Assembly (NCBI RefSeq): GCF_001194135.2
Contig: NC_068998.1
Location: forward strand, 24,533,591 to 24,597,590
Direction of reading: 5' to 3'
DNA length: 64,000 nucleotides
From: Octopus bimaculoides
Taxonomy: Eukaryota
The notes under the pieces were generated by a model. The model was given only the letters and a program-made list of their open reading frames with translations. It searched no databases and was not told the DNA's origin. Made by a program: the position numbers and the translations under genes. Of this stretch, positions 26,128-36,805 are shown in pieces (the first letter of the stretch is position 1; each line of letters opens with the position of its first letter).

Positions 26128-26449
26128 TCTCTCGATTTATAAAATATGATTTCCAGAACTAGACACAGAACGGTCACCCGAAAGGGAACACGTGTAGAGT
26201 TCTACAAATTATATTCAGTGTATCCTTTCAAATGTCTTCAATCTGGTGTGCTGAGTCCGGAAATAACTCTGCAGTTAATAAATTTCTGCAGCTAATTTAC
26301 CGGTTTGAGAACATCATTATTTAAAATTGAATAATAAGGGTAGAAATTGATATTAATGAATTAAAACCAGTGGTTTAGCATATTTTAAAAAATCCGAAGA
26401 TTAAAATTATATAAAATTATATCAAAATTATATTTTATAAACCGACAGA

Positions 26450-26514
26450 CTACGCTGATGATCCTGCAGATATTTGCTTGTGCAAGTATTAACAGGTGAA
26501 ACCATGGTACGTAG
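26450..26514 (+). ncRNA. Type I hammerhead ribozyme motif, + copy 1
   Basis: Stem I CTACG/CGTAG, core CUGAUGA and GAAA, stem II CCTG/CAGG capped by ATATTTGC/GCAAGTAT, palindromic stem III ACCATGGT, GUA triplet (cleavage predicted after 26509). Confidence 0.8.
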
Positions 26515-26969
26515 GTTAATCGTTTTTTTATTTAGTATTTTTTCCTTTGTCTTGCCCTTTTACAGTCTGTTGTCTCGGTGAAATTTTTACTGAGAAAATA
26601 TTCATCGTTGATTAGATGATTCGGCATCTATTTCTAGCATATAGGAGTCCACTTTTGCTTGTCATTCCTCTTATTTTGTATGTAATATAGTTTTAATCTT
26701 CGGATTTTTTAAAATATGCTAGACCACTGGTTTTGATAGATTAATATCAATTTCTGCCCTTATTATTAAATTTTAAATAATGATGTTCTCAAACCGGTAA
26801 ATTAGCTGCAAAATTTTATTAACTGCAGAGTTATTTTCGAATTCAGCTCACCAGATTGAAGACATTTGAAAGGATACACTGAATGTAACTTGTAGAACTC
26901 TACACGTGTTCCCTTTCGGGTGAACGTTCTGTGTCTAGTTCTGAAAATCATATTTTATAAATCGACAGA

Positions 26970-27034
26970 CTACGCTGATGATCCTGCAGATATTTGCTTG
27001 TGCAGGTATTAACAAGTGAAACCATGGTACGTAG
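26970..27034 (+). ncRNA. Type I hammerhead ribozyme motif, + copy 2
   Basis: Same as 26450 with two stem II substitutions. Predicted cleavage after 27029, 520 nt from copy 1. Confidence 0.75.
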
Positions 27035-27125
27035 GTTAATCGTTTTTTTATTTAGAATTTTTTCATTTGTCTTGCCCTTTTACAGTGTGTTGTCTCGCTG
27101 AAATTTTTACTGAGAACATATATAT

Positions 27126-27178
<53 letters not shown>

Positions 27179-28151
27179 NNNNNNNNNNNNNNNNNNNNNN
27201 NNNNNNNNNNNNNNNNNNNNNNNNNNNNNNNNNNNNNNNNNNNNNNNNNNNNNNNNNNNNNNNNNNNNNNNNNNNNNNNNNNNNNNNNNNNNNNNNNNNN
27301 NNNNNNNNNNNNNNNNNNNNNNNNNNNNNNNNNNNNNNNNNNNNNNNNNNNNNNNNNNNNNNNNNNNNNNNNNNNNNNNNNNNNNNNNNNNNNNNNNNNN
27401 NNNNNNNNNNNNNNNNNNNNNNNNNNNNNNNNNNNNNNNNNNNNNNNNNNNNNNNNNNNNNNNNNNNNNNNNNNNNNNNNNNNNNNNNNNNNNNNNNNNN
27501 NNNNNNNNNNNNNNNNNNNNNNNNNNNNNNNNNNNNNNNNNNNNNNNNNNNNNNNNNNNNNNNNNNNNNNNNNNNNNNNNNNNNNNNNNNNNNNNNNNNN
27601 NNNNNNNNNNNNNNNNNNNNNNNNNNNNNNNNNNNNNNNNNNNNNNNNNNNNNNNNNNNNNNNNNNNNNNNNNNNNNNNNNNNNNNNNNNNNNNNNNNNN
27701 NNNNNNNNNNNNNNNNNNNNNNNNNNNNNNNNNNNNNNNNNNNNNNNNNNNNNNNNNNNNNNNNNNNNNNNNNNNNNNNNNNNNNNNNNNNNNNNNNNNN
27801 NNNNNNNNNNNNNNNNNNNNNNNNNNNNNNNNNNNNNNNNNNNNNNNNNNNNNNNNNNNNNNNNNNNNNNNNNNNNNNNNNNNNNNNNNNNNNNNNNNNN
27901 NNNNNNNNNNNNNNNNNNNNNNNNNNNNNNNNNNNNNNNNNNNNNNNNNNNNNNNNNNNNNNNNNNNNNNNNNNNNNNNNNNNNNNNNNNNNNNNNNNNN
28001 NNNNNNNNNNNNNNNNNNNNNNNNNNNNNNNNNNNNNNNNNNNNNNNNNNNNNNNNNNNNNNNNNNNNNNNNNNNNNNNNNNNNNNNNNNNNNNNNNNNN
28101 NNNNNNNNNNNNNNNNNNNNNNNNNNNNNNNNTATATATATATACATACAT

Positions 28152-28194
<43 letters not shown>

Positions 28195-28877
28195 CGTACA
28201 CACACATATATATATATATATATACAGAGAGAGAGAGATAGAGAGCGATACGTACATAAATGCACGCAAATACACGCACGCACACACACACACACACACT
28301 CACATTGAATATGAGCGACAGAAACATATATTTATATCAATGGAACGACTGTGACGAGGCTTATCATTTGTTCATAAGAAGCCATTTCAAGCTATAATAT
28401 TCAAACTAAAGTAAAGTTTGCAACCTGAAGTCAAATTTCTTTCTCATGTAATTTAAGAAATTTTAGCAACAAAACAAATAACTTTCCAGTTAACAATTTA
28501 TTGGGCTTCTTTAAAAGAACGACATAGAGCTCTATACGAATTCATTTAATTTGCTTTTATGAAGTTTTTGTTTGATGAAGTAGTTGTTGATTTTGCTGAT
28601 GCTAAAGTTAGCATTCGAAAGTGAATTTTATGTTTCTGTACAATTACTGAGACTTTAATTAGTTAACTTGAGAGTCCGCACAATATGGACCAATTGATCA
28701 CAGCGTGGCTGGTTATTCTAGAAAGGCCACAGTTTGCTGAGTAAAATAAATAATAATATATATGCTGTAGATATGTTTATATCATACATTTTAAACCAAA
28801 ATTTAAACAGTGATGCTCATACAGTTTTACAAAATCTTATTTTTATTTTCTTGATATAGTTTAAACCGAGAGCTTAC

Positions 28878-28891
28878 CTCGTTGAAGGAAT
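28878..28891 (-). CDS. Possible 14-nt microexon (IPST-)
   Basis: On -: TCTTTCATTCTAG acceptor and GAG|GTAAGC donor. Phase 0 start fits exon 32235. Confidence 0.3.
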
Positions 28892-29376
28892 CTAGAATGA
28901 AAGACGTTCATTATAGTTTCTAAACATGTAACCAAAATCAGTTTAGTATTTTGAAGGATGAGCAATTATCGCCCATATCGTCTTTAAATCTTATGTTAGA
29001 GAAGGTTGGTTGAATTGATATCGTTAATTAATAACTACGAGTAATATACTATCATCAATACTGTCAAGTCATTATCTTAATTGAATACAAACTACTGTAT
29101 AGTTTTCGAAGTAAAAATCACTATACGTATCTCTTACATTAAGTGTCATTGATCAGAGATAAACGTTTTGTAAGCCAGATCGATGATCTGTTTTGTTCAC
29201 CTATCGAGTCACTGTCTTGTAATTTACATTTAGCATGCGGAAGAAATCAATATTCTAATACACAGATTTCGTTGATAATTCTAAGTACATTTGTGATCAC
29301 ACACATATATACTTGTGTGTGAGTATATTTGTGTGTATGTATATAAGTGCATGTGTACATATTGGATTGTTTTATT

Positions 29377-29574
29377 ACTCTTTTACTTGTTTCAGTCATT
29401 TGACTGTGGCCATGCTGGGGCACCGCCTTGAAGGGATTTAGTTGAGGAAATCGACTCCAAGATTTTTTTTAACCCTTGTACTAATTCTATCGGTATCTTT
29501 TACTGAACAGCTAAGTTACTGGGACGTAAACAAACGAAGACCGGTTGTCAACCGACGGTGGGAGGACAAACGCA

Positions 29575-29646
<72 letters not shown>

Positions 29647-29740
29647 TTTCTTTCAGTTTCCACCTAGCAAATCACCTTACAAGGTTTTGGCCGGCATGAG
29701 GCTATAGTTGAAGACATTTGCTGTGTTCCGAACCCGGAAC
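29377..29740 (-). mobile_element. SINE family A (head truncated at a hairpin junction)
   Basis: Reverse complement of the family A motif. Confidence 0.8.
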
Positions 29741-29744
29741 ACAG

Positions 29745-30560
29745 CTTTGTCATACATGAAAATCAACACACTGATAGCAGACCTAGGATAATGAACAACG
29801 TGTCCCTTCTATGCGAACCCTATAAAACAAAGAAACATTTACAGAACTTCATGCACCGCATGCAGTTCTCAAGATATGGCCAGAAAGATAGGGTTCAGGT
29901 ATACAGGGGGGCTAGAAAGAAATTAGATAACATTGTATGTAATGAAACCAGTGGTACCTACCCTACGTACAGAAGTAAAGACTGGAATAGGATACAGAGA
30001 GTTTGTGACAAAGCAAACAAGGTGACAAGACCGACACATATCAAACAGCGATGTTTGTAGCGGTCACAGCTCATAGAGAACTATCCCGAAGATTTAGGAA
30101 AGATCTGAAGGAGGGCAAACTCAACATTAAGACCGTTGAAAAACCAGGGAGCTCCGTCAAACCACAACTGTGTAGGACGTACCACTTTGAGAAAACTATC
30201 TGCACCAATGATGACTGCATGGTATGTAAGATTAACTCTGGCATTAACTGTAGAACTAGTAATGTAGTCAACAGCATAAGGTGCATAGAAGGTACTGGTA
30301 AAGACAGGAACATGGTATACATGGGTGAGATATCTAGAAGCCTTGTGGAGAGACTTAATAGACATTTAGATAATATGACGACAAAAACAGTCCACCATAC
30401 TCTACCAACATGCCAAAGACCAATATGGAGGCACACCGGGTCAACTTGACATCCGCATTTTATCCAAGCACCCGAAGGACCCAACACTCAGACAAGAACA
30501 AGAGTACGTTCTTATAAATGAAATATCCCTACAACTAAATAGGAAATATGCGTAGAATGT
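29745..30560 (+). mobile_element. Penelope-like element 3' part (RT thumb plus GIY-YIG endonuclease), frameshifted
   Basis: RMQFSRYGQKDRVQVY..., then CTNDDCMVC..NCRTSNVV.SIRC..VYMGEISRSLVERLNRH, ending DPTLRQEQEYVLINEISLQLN. Confidence 0.85.
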
Positions 30561-30626
30561 AGTCATACCTCAATACCCACAGTTTATACATACACATGTA
30601 GAGTTGTTGTAGGCTGTTATGTAGAC

Positions 30627-30670
<44 letters not shown>

Positions 30671-32234
30671 GTAAACAGATAGATAAATAGGTAAGTGCAT
30701 AGGTAATGGGGATAGAAAAGCACACACACACACACACGCATACATACACAAATGGAGATTGAAATACGTGACCATATACATATAGAACACTGGTATATGC
30801 ACACACAAAGAGAGAGAAACACACAAATATACACATAAATACACATACATACATACATATGTATATACACATGCACACTGAGGTACACACGTGCGCACTA
30901 ATAAACAAACAAAAAAGAACGCAGCCCTGACAACGGACAGTCAACAAGTATTGAAGAGGTTGCAAGACGCAACGAAAATTTTAGAAAAAATAAATAAGTN
31001 NNNNNNNNNCAACGGACAGTCAACAAGTATTGAAGAGGTTGCAAGACGCAACGAAAATTTTAGAAAAAATAAATAAGTAAATGAGTGGAAATCGAACCGG
31101 TGTGTGTGTTAAGTAATCAGGCACTAAAAGAGAATGACTCTCCCTAGACAATAAAATATGCTTCAACACACGAATTCACATTAACAATCCTACAAACCAA
31201 ATACAAAATCGAAATATATTTATACATACATGCGTACACACACACATATAGAAAGATAGGAAGTGACGTCATCATCAACCGCCTGCAGCTGTTGTTCGGA
31301 GTCACTTTCAGTGCCTTCAGTGTTACAGAATGTCCATTTCTCGTATCGGTCTCGTCAGCCACGTCCGCTCTTATGATAAACAATGTGCTGGAGGGGCGGA
31401 ATGTCTTGGATCAACAATGTCATCCCCGTTGATATTATAAGCATATATAAAGCAGATACAAATAACAAGAAACCCCCCACCCACCCCAAAACCTGACTCG
31501 TACATTTTTGACGAGATCTATTAGGATAAAAGCCGGGCCGGCCCTGGATAAAAAGCAAAGTTTACCTTCATTGGGTTTGAAATCAGAATGTAAGTGTAAT
31601 GCGTTGCATCGGATGCCTTAACGAATCTGCCAATTAATCGCCATAATCTTGAATGAGATTAAATTGATATGTCTTCTAAGTAGGCGAGCAGCTAGTAGGA
31701 GAAACATCGCTGTATCGTTCAATTAACTCAGGTATTTATGAATGTATGAATTTCCATACATGTGAAATAGTATTGTCAGTGATAGCCAGACATTTCATGA
31801 ATTAATGATTTTGCAGTGGTCTGTCACTTACTATAAGCTTATGTAACTTGTTGCCGTCAATTTCTCCGTCATTATGCCATTATTAAGTCAGTCAACGTTT
31901 TATATCTCTTCCTATCTCTCTTTCTATGTTTCTTTACATCTCTGTTTCTCTATTTCATTCATTCCTCCATCAGTCTGTCTACATTTTTCTGTCTATTCCG
32001 TTCCTTTTCTTATTCAAATACAGCTCGAGGTAACGTCGTTGCTCGCCGGCAAGAAATAATCGTCAAATCTCTTTTAAAGCACTTTGAAAAATTCATTACA
32101 AGTTGAACATTTAACGAGAAAAAAGATAGAATAGTTATGGCTGTTATACTTTTGATCTTGTATCTGTTCGTTCACAATTTACTTAATCTTTGCAACCAAG
32201 AGGTCATGTCTTCACACGATTGCTGTTGTCTTAC

Positions 32235-32267
32235 CATAGGAACCTCTTTGGATCTCCCTTCTTTCAC
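32235..32267 (-). CDS. Putative exon VKEGRSKEVPM
   Basis: On -: CATCTTCCGTCTTTGGAG acceptor and ATG|GTAAGA donor. 33 nt, phase 0 to 0. Confidence 0.5.
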
Positions 32268-32506
32268 CTCCAAAGACGGAAGATGATGTAATAATTTTAT
32301 TTTAGCACGTGGCCAACAGTTTTAAAGCGCAAAGGTTAGTCGATGCCACCAACTCCTGCTGGTGATTTGAAATCAGAAAGAAAATAACCGGAATAAATAC
32401 CTGTAAGCATTTTGTCTTAGACTAGTCATTCTGTTAATCTAGCCTTTCCTCGGAGTAATTACGACAATAAATACAAGAAAAACTGCGTTAGATTCTGTTA
32501 ATACAT

Positions 32507-32652
32507 TGCCAAAACTCATTTCAAAAAACATAGGCAAAACTTCGAATTTGAGTGGAGAGGAACAGTCGATTATTATATGATATATAATAATCGACTGTTC
32601 CTCTCCGCTCAAATTCGAAGTATTGTCTATGTATTTGAAATGAGTTTTGGCA
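32507..32652. repeat. Near-perfect palindrome (~72-bp arms)
   Basis: TGCCAAAACTCATTTCAAA...GTCGATTATTATAT / ATATAATAATCGAC...TTTGAAATGAGTTTTGGCA, with about 5 differences. Confidence 0.9.
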
Positions 32653-34512
32653 GGGTTGATCAAGTACTTGAAGTTGATATATGATCATAGCCGTTCTACC
32701 CTTTATTATCCTTTTTATGAGGTGCTTTTATTTTTATATCGGAAAATATCCATCATGTCATTCATTAGATTTGTGTGTGATTTGGCTACTATATTTTTAA
32801 CAGACTGAACAACCATGTAGTGGAAGTTGCATTGTTGTGTCGTTCAGTTAACCATGTTATTTACCATTGCATAAAATCCTAAACATCTTAAATAGAACTG
32901 ACACTGAAAGCTGAACCTACAATGAATCACTGATGATTTTACAGTTATGTCCGTTGATAGAATGTTAAGTTCCTTGTTGCCATAGTTTATGATTGCTACT
33001 TCAAAATTTCATTTATCTCTGTCTTCGCCTTTCTTCGTCAGTCATTCTCTATTTACATCTCTATTTTATTTACTTCTTTCTCTTCACGTTTTAGATTTTT
33101 GTGTCTTCTTATTTCTTCCTTTTCGTTTATATCTAGACTAAGTGGAAGGGGTCATGTAACTTGTTAGAAATTATCAACCTAAACTCTTAGATCACAACTT
33201 GCAGTCTTAAAGCAGAAAGTTCAAACCGAACAATATAATCATAATTTGCACTTTTTTGAGAACAAAAGATAGAATGGGGATAGTTGGAATTCTTTGATCC
33301 TAGGTTAGTCCAATGAAGTCTGTACTGGACTTAAGAACAACAACAAATACACATTTGCAAGCCACGCTCTCTCGCATTCTATGATCATTTATTGAATAAA
33401 ATCATTTACTGTTGGTGTCAAGAAGAATTGTATTTTTCTATTATTATTTTCAAAGTAGAAAACAAAAAAAGACAGTACACTTGGGGGCGACTATATAGTC
33501 AAATATTGGGATCCTAATATTTGACCAGTTCTTATTTTATCGAAATTAGTAGGACCACCGGTGAAGCTTACATCTAGCATATGTGAAACACAGAATATAA
33601 ACGGCTGTATCTAAATACGGAAAGTAATTTTTTCTGGTACATTGACAATTCATACGATTCATCACCTTTCAATATTACTTCTAATAATCATTTTCTTATT
33701 TACCACAAAATGAACGGATAATGGAATATTACAATGAAAATTGACGATAACTCTAAGATATTATGGACAAATGATTTCATAAAAACAGTCTTGGGAAGTA
33801 ACATTATACAACAGACCAGAATGGTAATTCTCAGTTGAGGAATAGATACTTATCCGAATTACCCTAGCTATTAATGATAATCTCCCTTCATCTAAAGACA
33901 AGCGTAGAGAAAATTCATTTGATAGTGTAACCCTTACTACATCATCAAGCTTTCAAGGAATTCATAGCATATCCTTCTCTATCCTCACTTTCAGATTGGT
34001 TTGATAATAGCCTTGTGCTGAAGTTAATGATAGTCGTTGTTTGTTTTTAAATGATATCCAATATATAAACGCTCGTGTCACAGCCTCTAGAGAGAGGAGA
34101 AATCTTTAAATTCCTCTACAAATGAAACATGAAATAATCTTTACAAGGAACTCAGATGAAGGTTGGATTCTTAAGCTTGACAACAGCTCTTCGACAGAAT
34201 TTCACAAACCAATAATTCTCGGACATTATAGGGTGGAACGAGTTCTCGCCCTCATACATCTCGGTCAGGCATAACTGACAGCAATATGGTGCTGCAGTGT
34301 TTTTACAACCTATCTTAAACTGGTAGTACATACCAGTAACACTGTCAATCCGTGGAATTTTGGAAGATATAAAAATACGTAGTTGTCAGGCTGAAAGTGA
34401 TCCAGAATTAAACTGACTTCCGTCGATGCCCAGGGTTTTTTCTAGTACTTCGTGACACTTATCTATCATTAACTCACTTCAGAATTTCAGAACATACCAT
34501 TAATCGCTTTAC

Positions 34513-34558
34513 CTGTCTGGCAAAGAAATGCAAGCCCTTGACAATGTACTTCACTGCA
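34513..34558 (-). CDS. Putative exon (S)AVKYIVKGLHFFARQ; with the alternative acceptor at 34553 it reads (V)KYIVKGLHFFARQ
   Basis: On -: ACATCTTCAG acceptor and CAG|GTAAAG donor. Both acceptors give the same downstream frame. Confidence 0.5.
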
Positions 34559-34859
34559 CTGAAGATGTCACATATTCAACATGTGTTTTGTTTAAACGCT
34601 GTTTAGGTGGAGCATTTCGTCCAGATACATTCTCTTAAAAGCGTCCAGAGTTAAAAAAACAAAAAAAAAACACTGTATATCCCAACAACAGGCGAAACGA
34701 ATCTTCCCGTAAGTGAACTTGAACGGGTCATCAGTAAACTGCATACTGAAGTTACCCGTGAAACAAATTCGAATCACTGGTCTGAGGTATATATAGATAG
34801 CGTAAAATCACCGCACCTGTAAAATAAAATTAAATTTTGAACAAAAAGCAGCTCTATAA

Positions 34860-35030
34860 TAATGGTTTCAAATTTTGGCACAAGGCCAGCAATTTCGGGG
34901 GAATATGTAAGCCGTGTTCAACTGGTACTTATTCTATTGGATGAATGGTAAATTTGACCTTGACATATTTGAACTCAGAACATGAAGACGGACGAAATGC
35001 ATCAAACCATTCTGCCAGCTCACCACCTTA
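34860..35030 (-). mobile_element. SINE family C, diverged
   Basis: Reverse complement of the family C motif. Confidence 0.7.
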
Positions 35031-35044
35031 AGCAGCTCTTTAAT

Positions 35045-35097
35045 AGTACGGTGCCGATGAGCCGAAATATCTGCGAAATATCGGCATCCACCATACT
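35045..35097 (+). ncRNA. Degenerate type I hammerhead ribozyme motif
   Basis: Stem I AGTACGGTG/CACCATACT, core CCGAUGA (U4C), stem II GCCGA-AATA-TCTGC, GAAA, AUC triplet. Confidence 0.6.
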
Positions 35098-35450
35098 CTT
35101 TCATCTACGGGTTATTCGTTTCGCTAGGTGATATGTTAAACAATGTTTTTTAGCACTCAATGTCCTAAAAATACTTACTTTGGTCGAAATATCACAGCTG
35201 AAAATCGTTTAAAGAAAATGGATTCATTAAGCCTGTGACGTTAATAATGCTTATATTATTAGAGCTGTTTCTTAGTTATAATTTAATTTTGCTTTACTTG
35301 AGCCGCGCTGATGCACATCAAGAGATAGGCTTTACGCTACTGTATATATCTCAGACAAGCGATTCAAATTCATTTCGAGGATGACTCCAGTATACAGTGC
35401 CGATAATATGAAATAACAACAAAATATTGATATCTACCATTCTCGTTCAC

Positions 35451-35526
35451 CTATGGTGCGAGAGGCTTTGCTTGATTTGTTTCGCTCGACGTCTGAAAGA
35501 AACCTTCTCTGGGCGAAATGCCGCAG
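35451..35526 (-). CDS. Putative exon: LRHFAQRRFLSDVERNKSSKASRTI or AAFRPEKVSFRRRAKQIKQSLSHH (frame unresolved)
   Basis: On -: strong acceptor TTTTCTTTAACCTCTTTTCAG and donor AG|GTGAAC. 76 nt, GC-richer than the flanks. Either frame joins exon 34513 via one of its two acceptors. Confidence 0.55.
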
Positions 35527-35605
35527 CTGAAAAGAGGTTAAAGAAAACACATACACGATGTATATGACATCAATAATGTTTACATTGGAGCTGCTTCTTC
35601 CTGAA

Positions 35606-35641
<36 letters not shown>

Positions 35642-35760
35642 GGCATTACTACAGAATAATAATGCCACACACTGAACTTCTCAAAATAAACACAAGTTTA
35701 GTACAGAATGCAAGGAAACACAACCAACAGAAGAAAATCACCTTTCTTTTAAATAACTCA

Positions 35761-35822
35761 ACTATGTATCGACCGATTTCGCGATTACTAGAATGAATCT
35801 AGACTCCGCACGTCAGCATAGT
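35761..35822 (-). ncRNA. Degenerate type I hammerhead ribozyme motif
   Basis: Reverse complement: ACTATG-CUGACGU-GCG..CTAGA/TCTAG..CGC-GAAA-TC-GGTC-G-ATA-CATAGT. All three stems pair, with A9U in the core. Confidence 0.6.
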
Positions 35823-36246
35823 ATTGTTTATGAAAAACATATACAAATAAACAGAATTCTCACCTTACCAAANNNNNNNNNNNNNNNNNNNNNNNNNNNN
35901 NNNNNNNNNNNNNNNNNNNNNNNNNNNNNNNNNNNNNNNNNNNNNNNNNNNNNNNNNNNNNNNNNNNNNNNNNNNNNNNNNNNNNNNNNNNNNNNNNNNN
36001 NNNNNNNNNNNNNNNNNNNNNNNNNNNNNNNNNNNNNNNNNNNNNNNNNNNNNNNNNNNNNNNNNNNNNNNNNNNNNNNNNNNNNNNNNNNNNNNNNNNN
36101 NNNNNNNNNNNNNNNNNNNNNNNNNNNNNNNNNNNNNNNNNNNNNNNNNNNNNNNNNNNNNNNNNNNNNNNNNNNNNNNNNNNNNNNNNNNNNNNNNNNN
36201 NNNNNNNNNNNNNNNNNNNNNNNNNNNNNNNNNNNNNNNNNNNNNN

Positions 36247-36287
<41 letters not shown>

Positions 36288-36367
36288 GTGCGCGCGCGTG
36301 TACATATATATAATTGAAAAAAAATTGAAGTCAACAAGAAGGAGTTCGGTTAAACATTTATCTTTTA

Positions 36368-36805
36368 ATCACTACAATTGTTTCCACGCAACGTAATTCT
36401 CGAGGCGGGCTGGTACTTGATTATGCAACTGTTTCCCTGCATTATGAGATCTAGTTGTGTTTCCTCAGGCGATATGTAAATATTGTCTCCGTAGGTTTCC
36501 ATTCTCTGCTTCAAAAACATCCTCTCTGTCTGTCGTAGCCTGAATTTAGTGGTAGTCACTGAGTTTATCAATTTGCCAACGGTCCTTCAGCAGCAATACA
36601 CTGTGATAAACTCAGTGACTTCTACTAAATTCAGGCCTCGACAAACATAGAAGATGTTCTTGAAACTGAGAATGTGAACTTATGGAGAAATATTTTCATA
36701 TCACTTGAGGAAACATAACTACATCTCATAATGCAGGGAAACAGCTGCATAAGCAAGTATATGCACGCCTAGAGAATTACGTTGCGTGGAAACAATTCTA
36801 GTGAT
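36368..36805. repeat. Long imperfect inverted repeat (~200-bp arms, 33-nt spacer)
   Basis: 36368-36570 aligns to the reverse complement of 36604-36805. Confidence 0.85.

Larger units (their letters stand above)
25812..27120. repeat. ~520-bp hammerhead-containing tandem unit in a divergent inverted array (retrozyme / Penelope pLTR-like)
   Basis: Minus array 25812-26410 (~1.15 units) and plus array 26432-27120 (~1.3 units). Copies are highly similar, with no ORF. Confidence 0.9.

Noticed and set aside
25812-27120. CRISPR array or simple satellite interpretation
   Set aside because: There are no short repeats with unique spacers and no cas genes, and the context is eukaryotic. The unit is 520 bp and contains a ribozyme motif.
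28340-28395. TGACGA-GGCTT...AAGCC hairpin
   Set aside because: The GAAA half of the core is missing.
30931-31079. ~69-bp direct duplication either side of a 10-N gap (likewise 57232-57370)
   Set aside because: This is the typical unmerged contig overlap, probably an assembly artefact.
32023-32059. LEVTSLLAGKK* as an amidated-peptide terminal exon on +
   Set aside because: The acceptor is good, but it needs phase 0 and no linking exon to the + chain was found.
34690-34745. On -: CTGATGA followed by a CCCGT/ACGGG stem
   Set aside because: It is followed by AAGA instead of GAAA and has no stem I partner.
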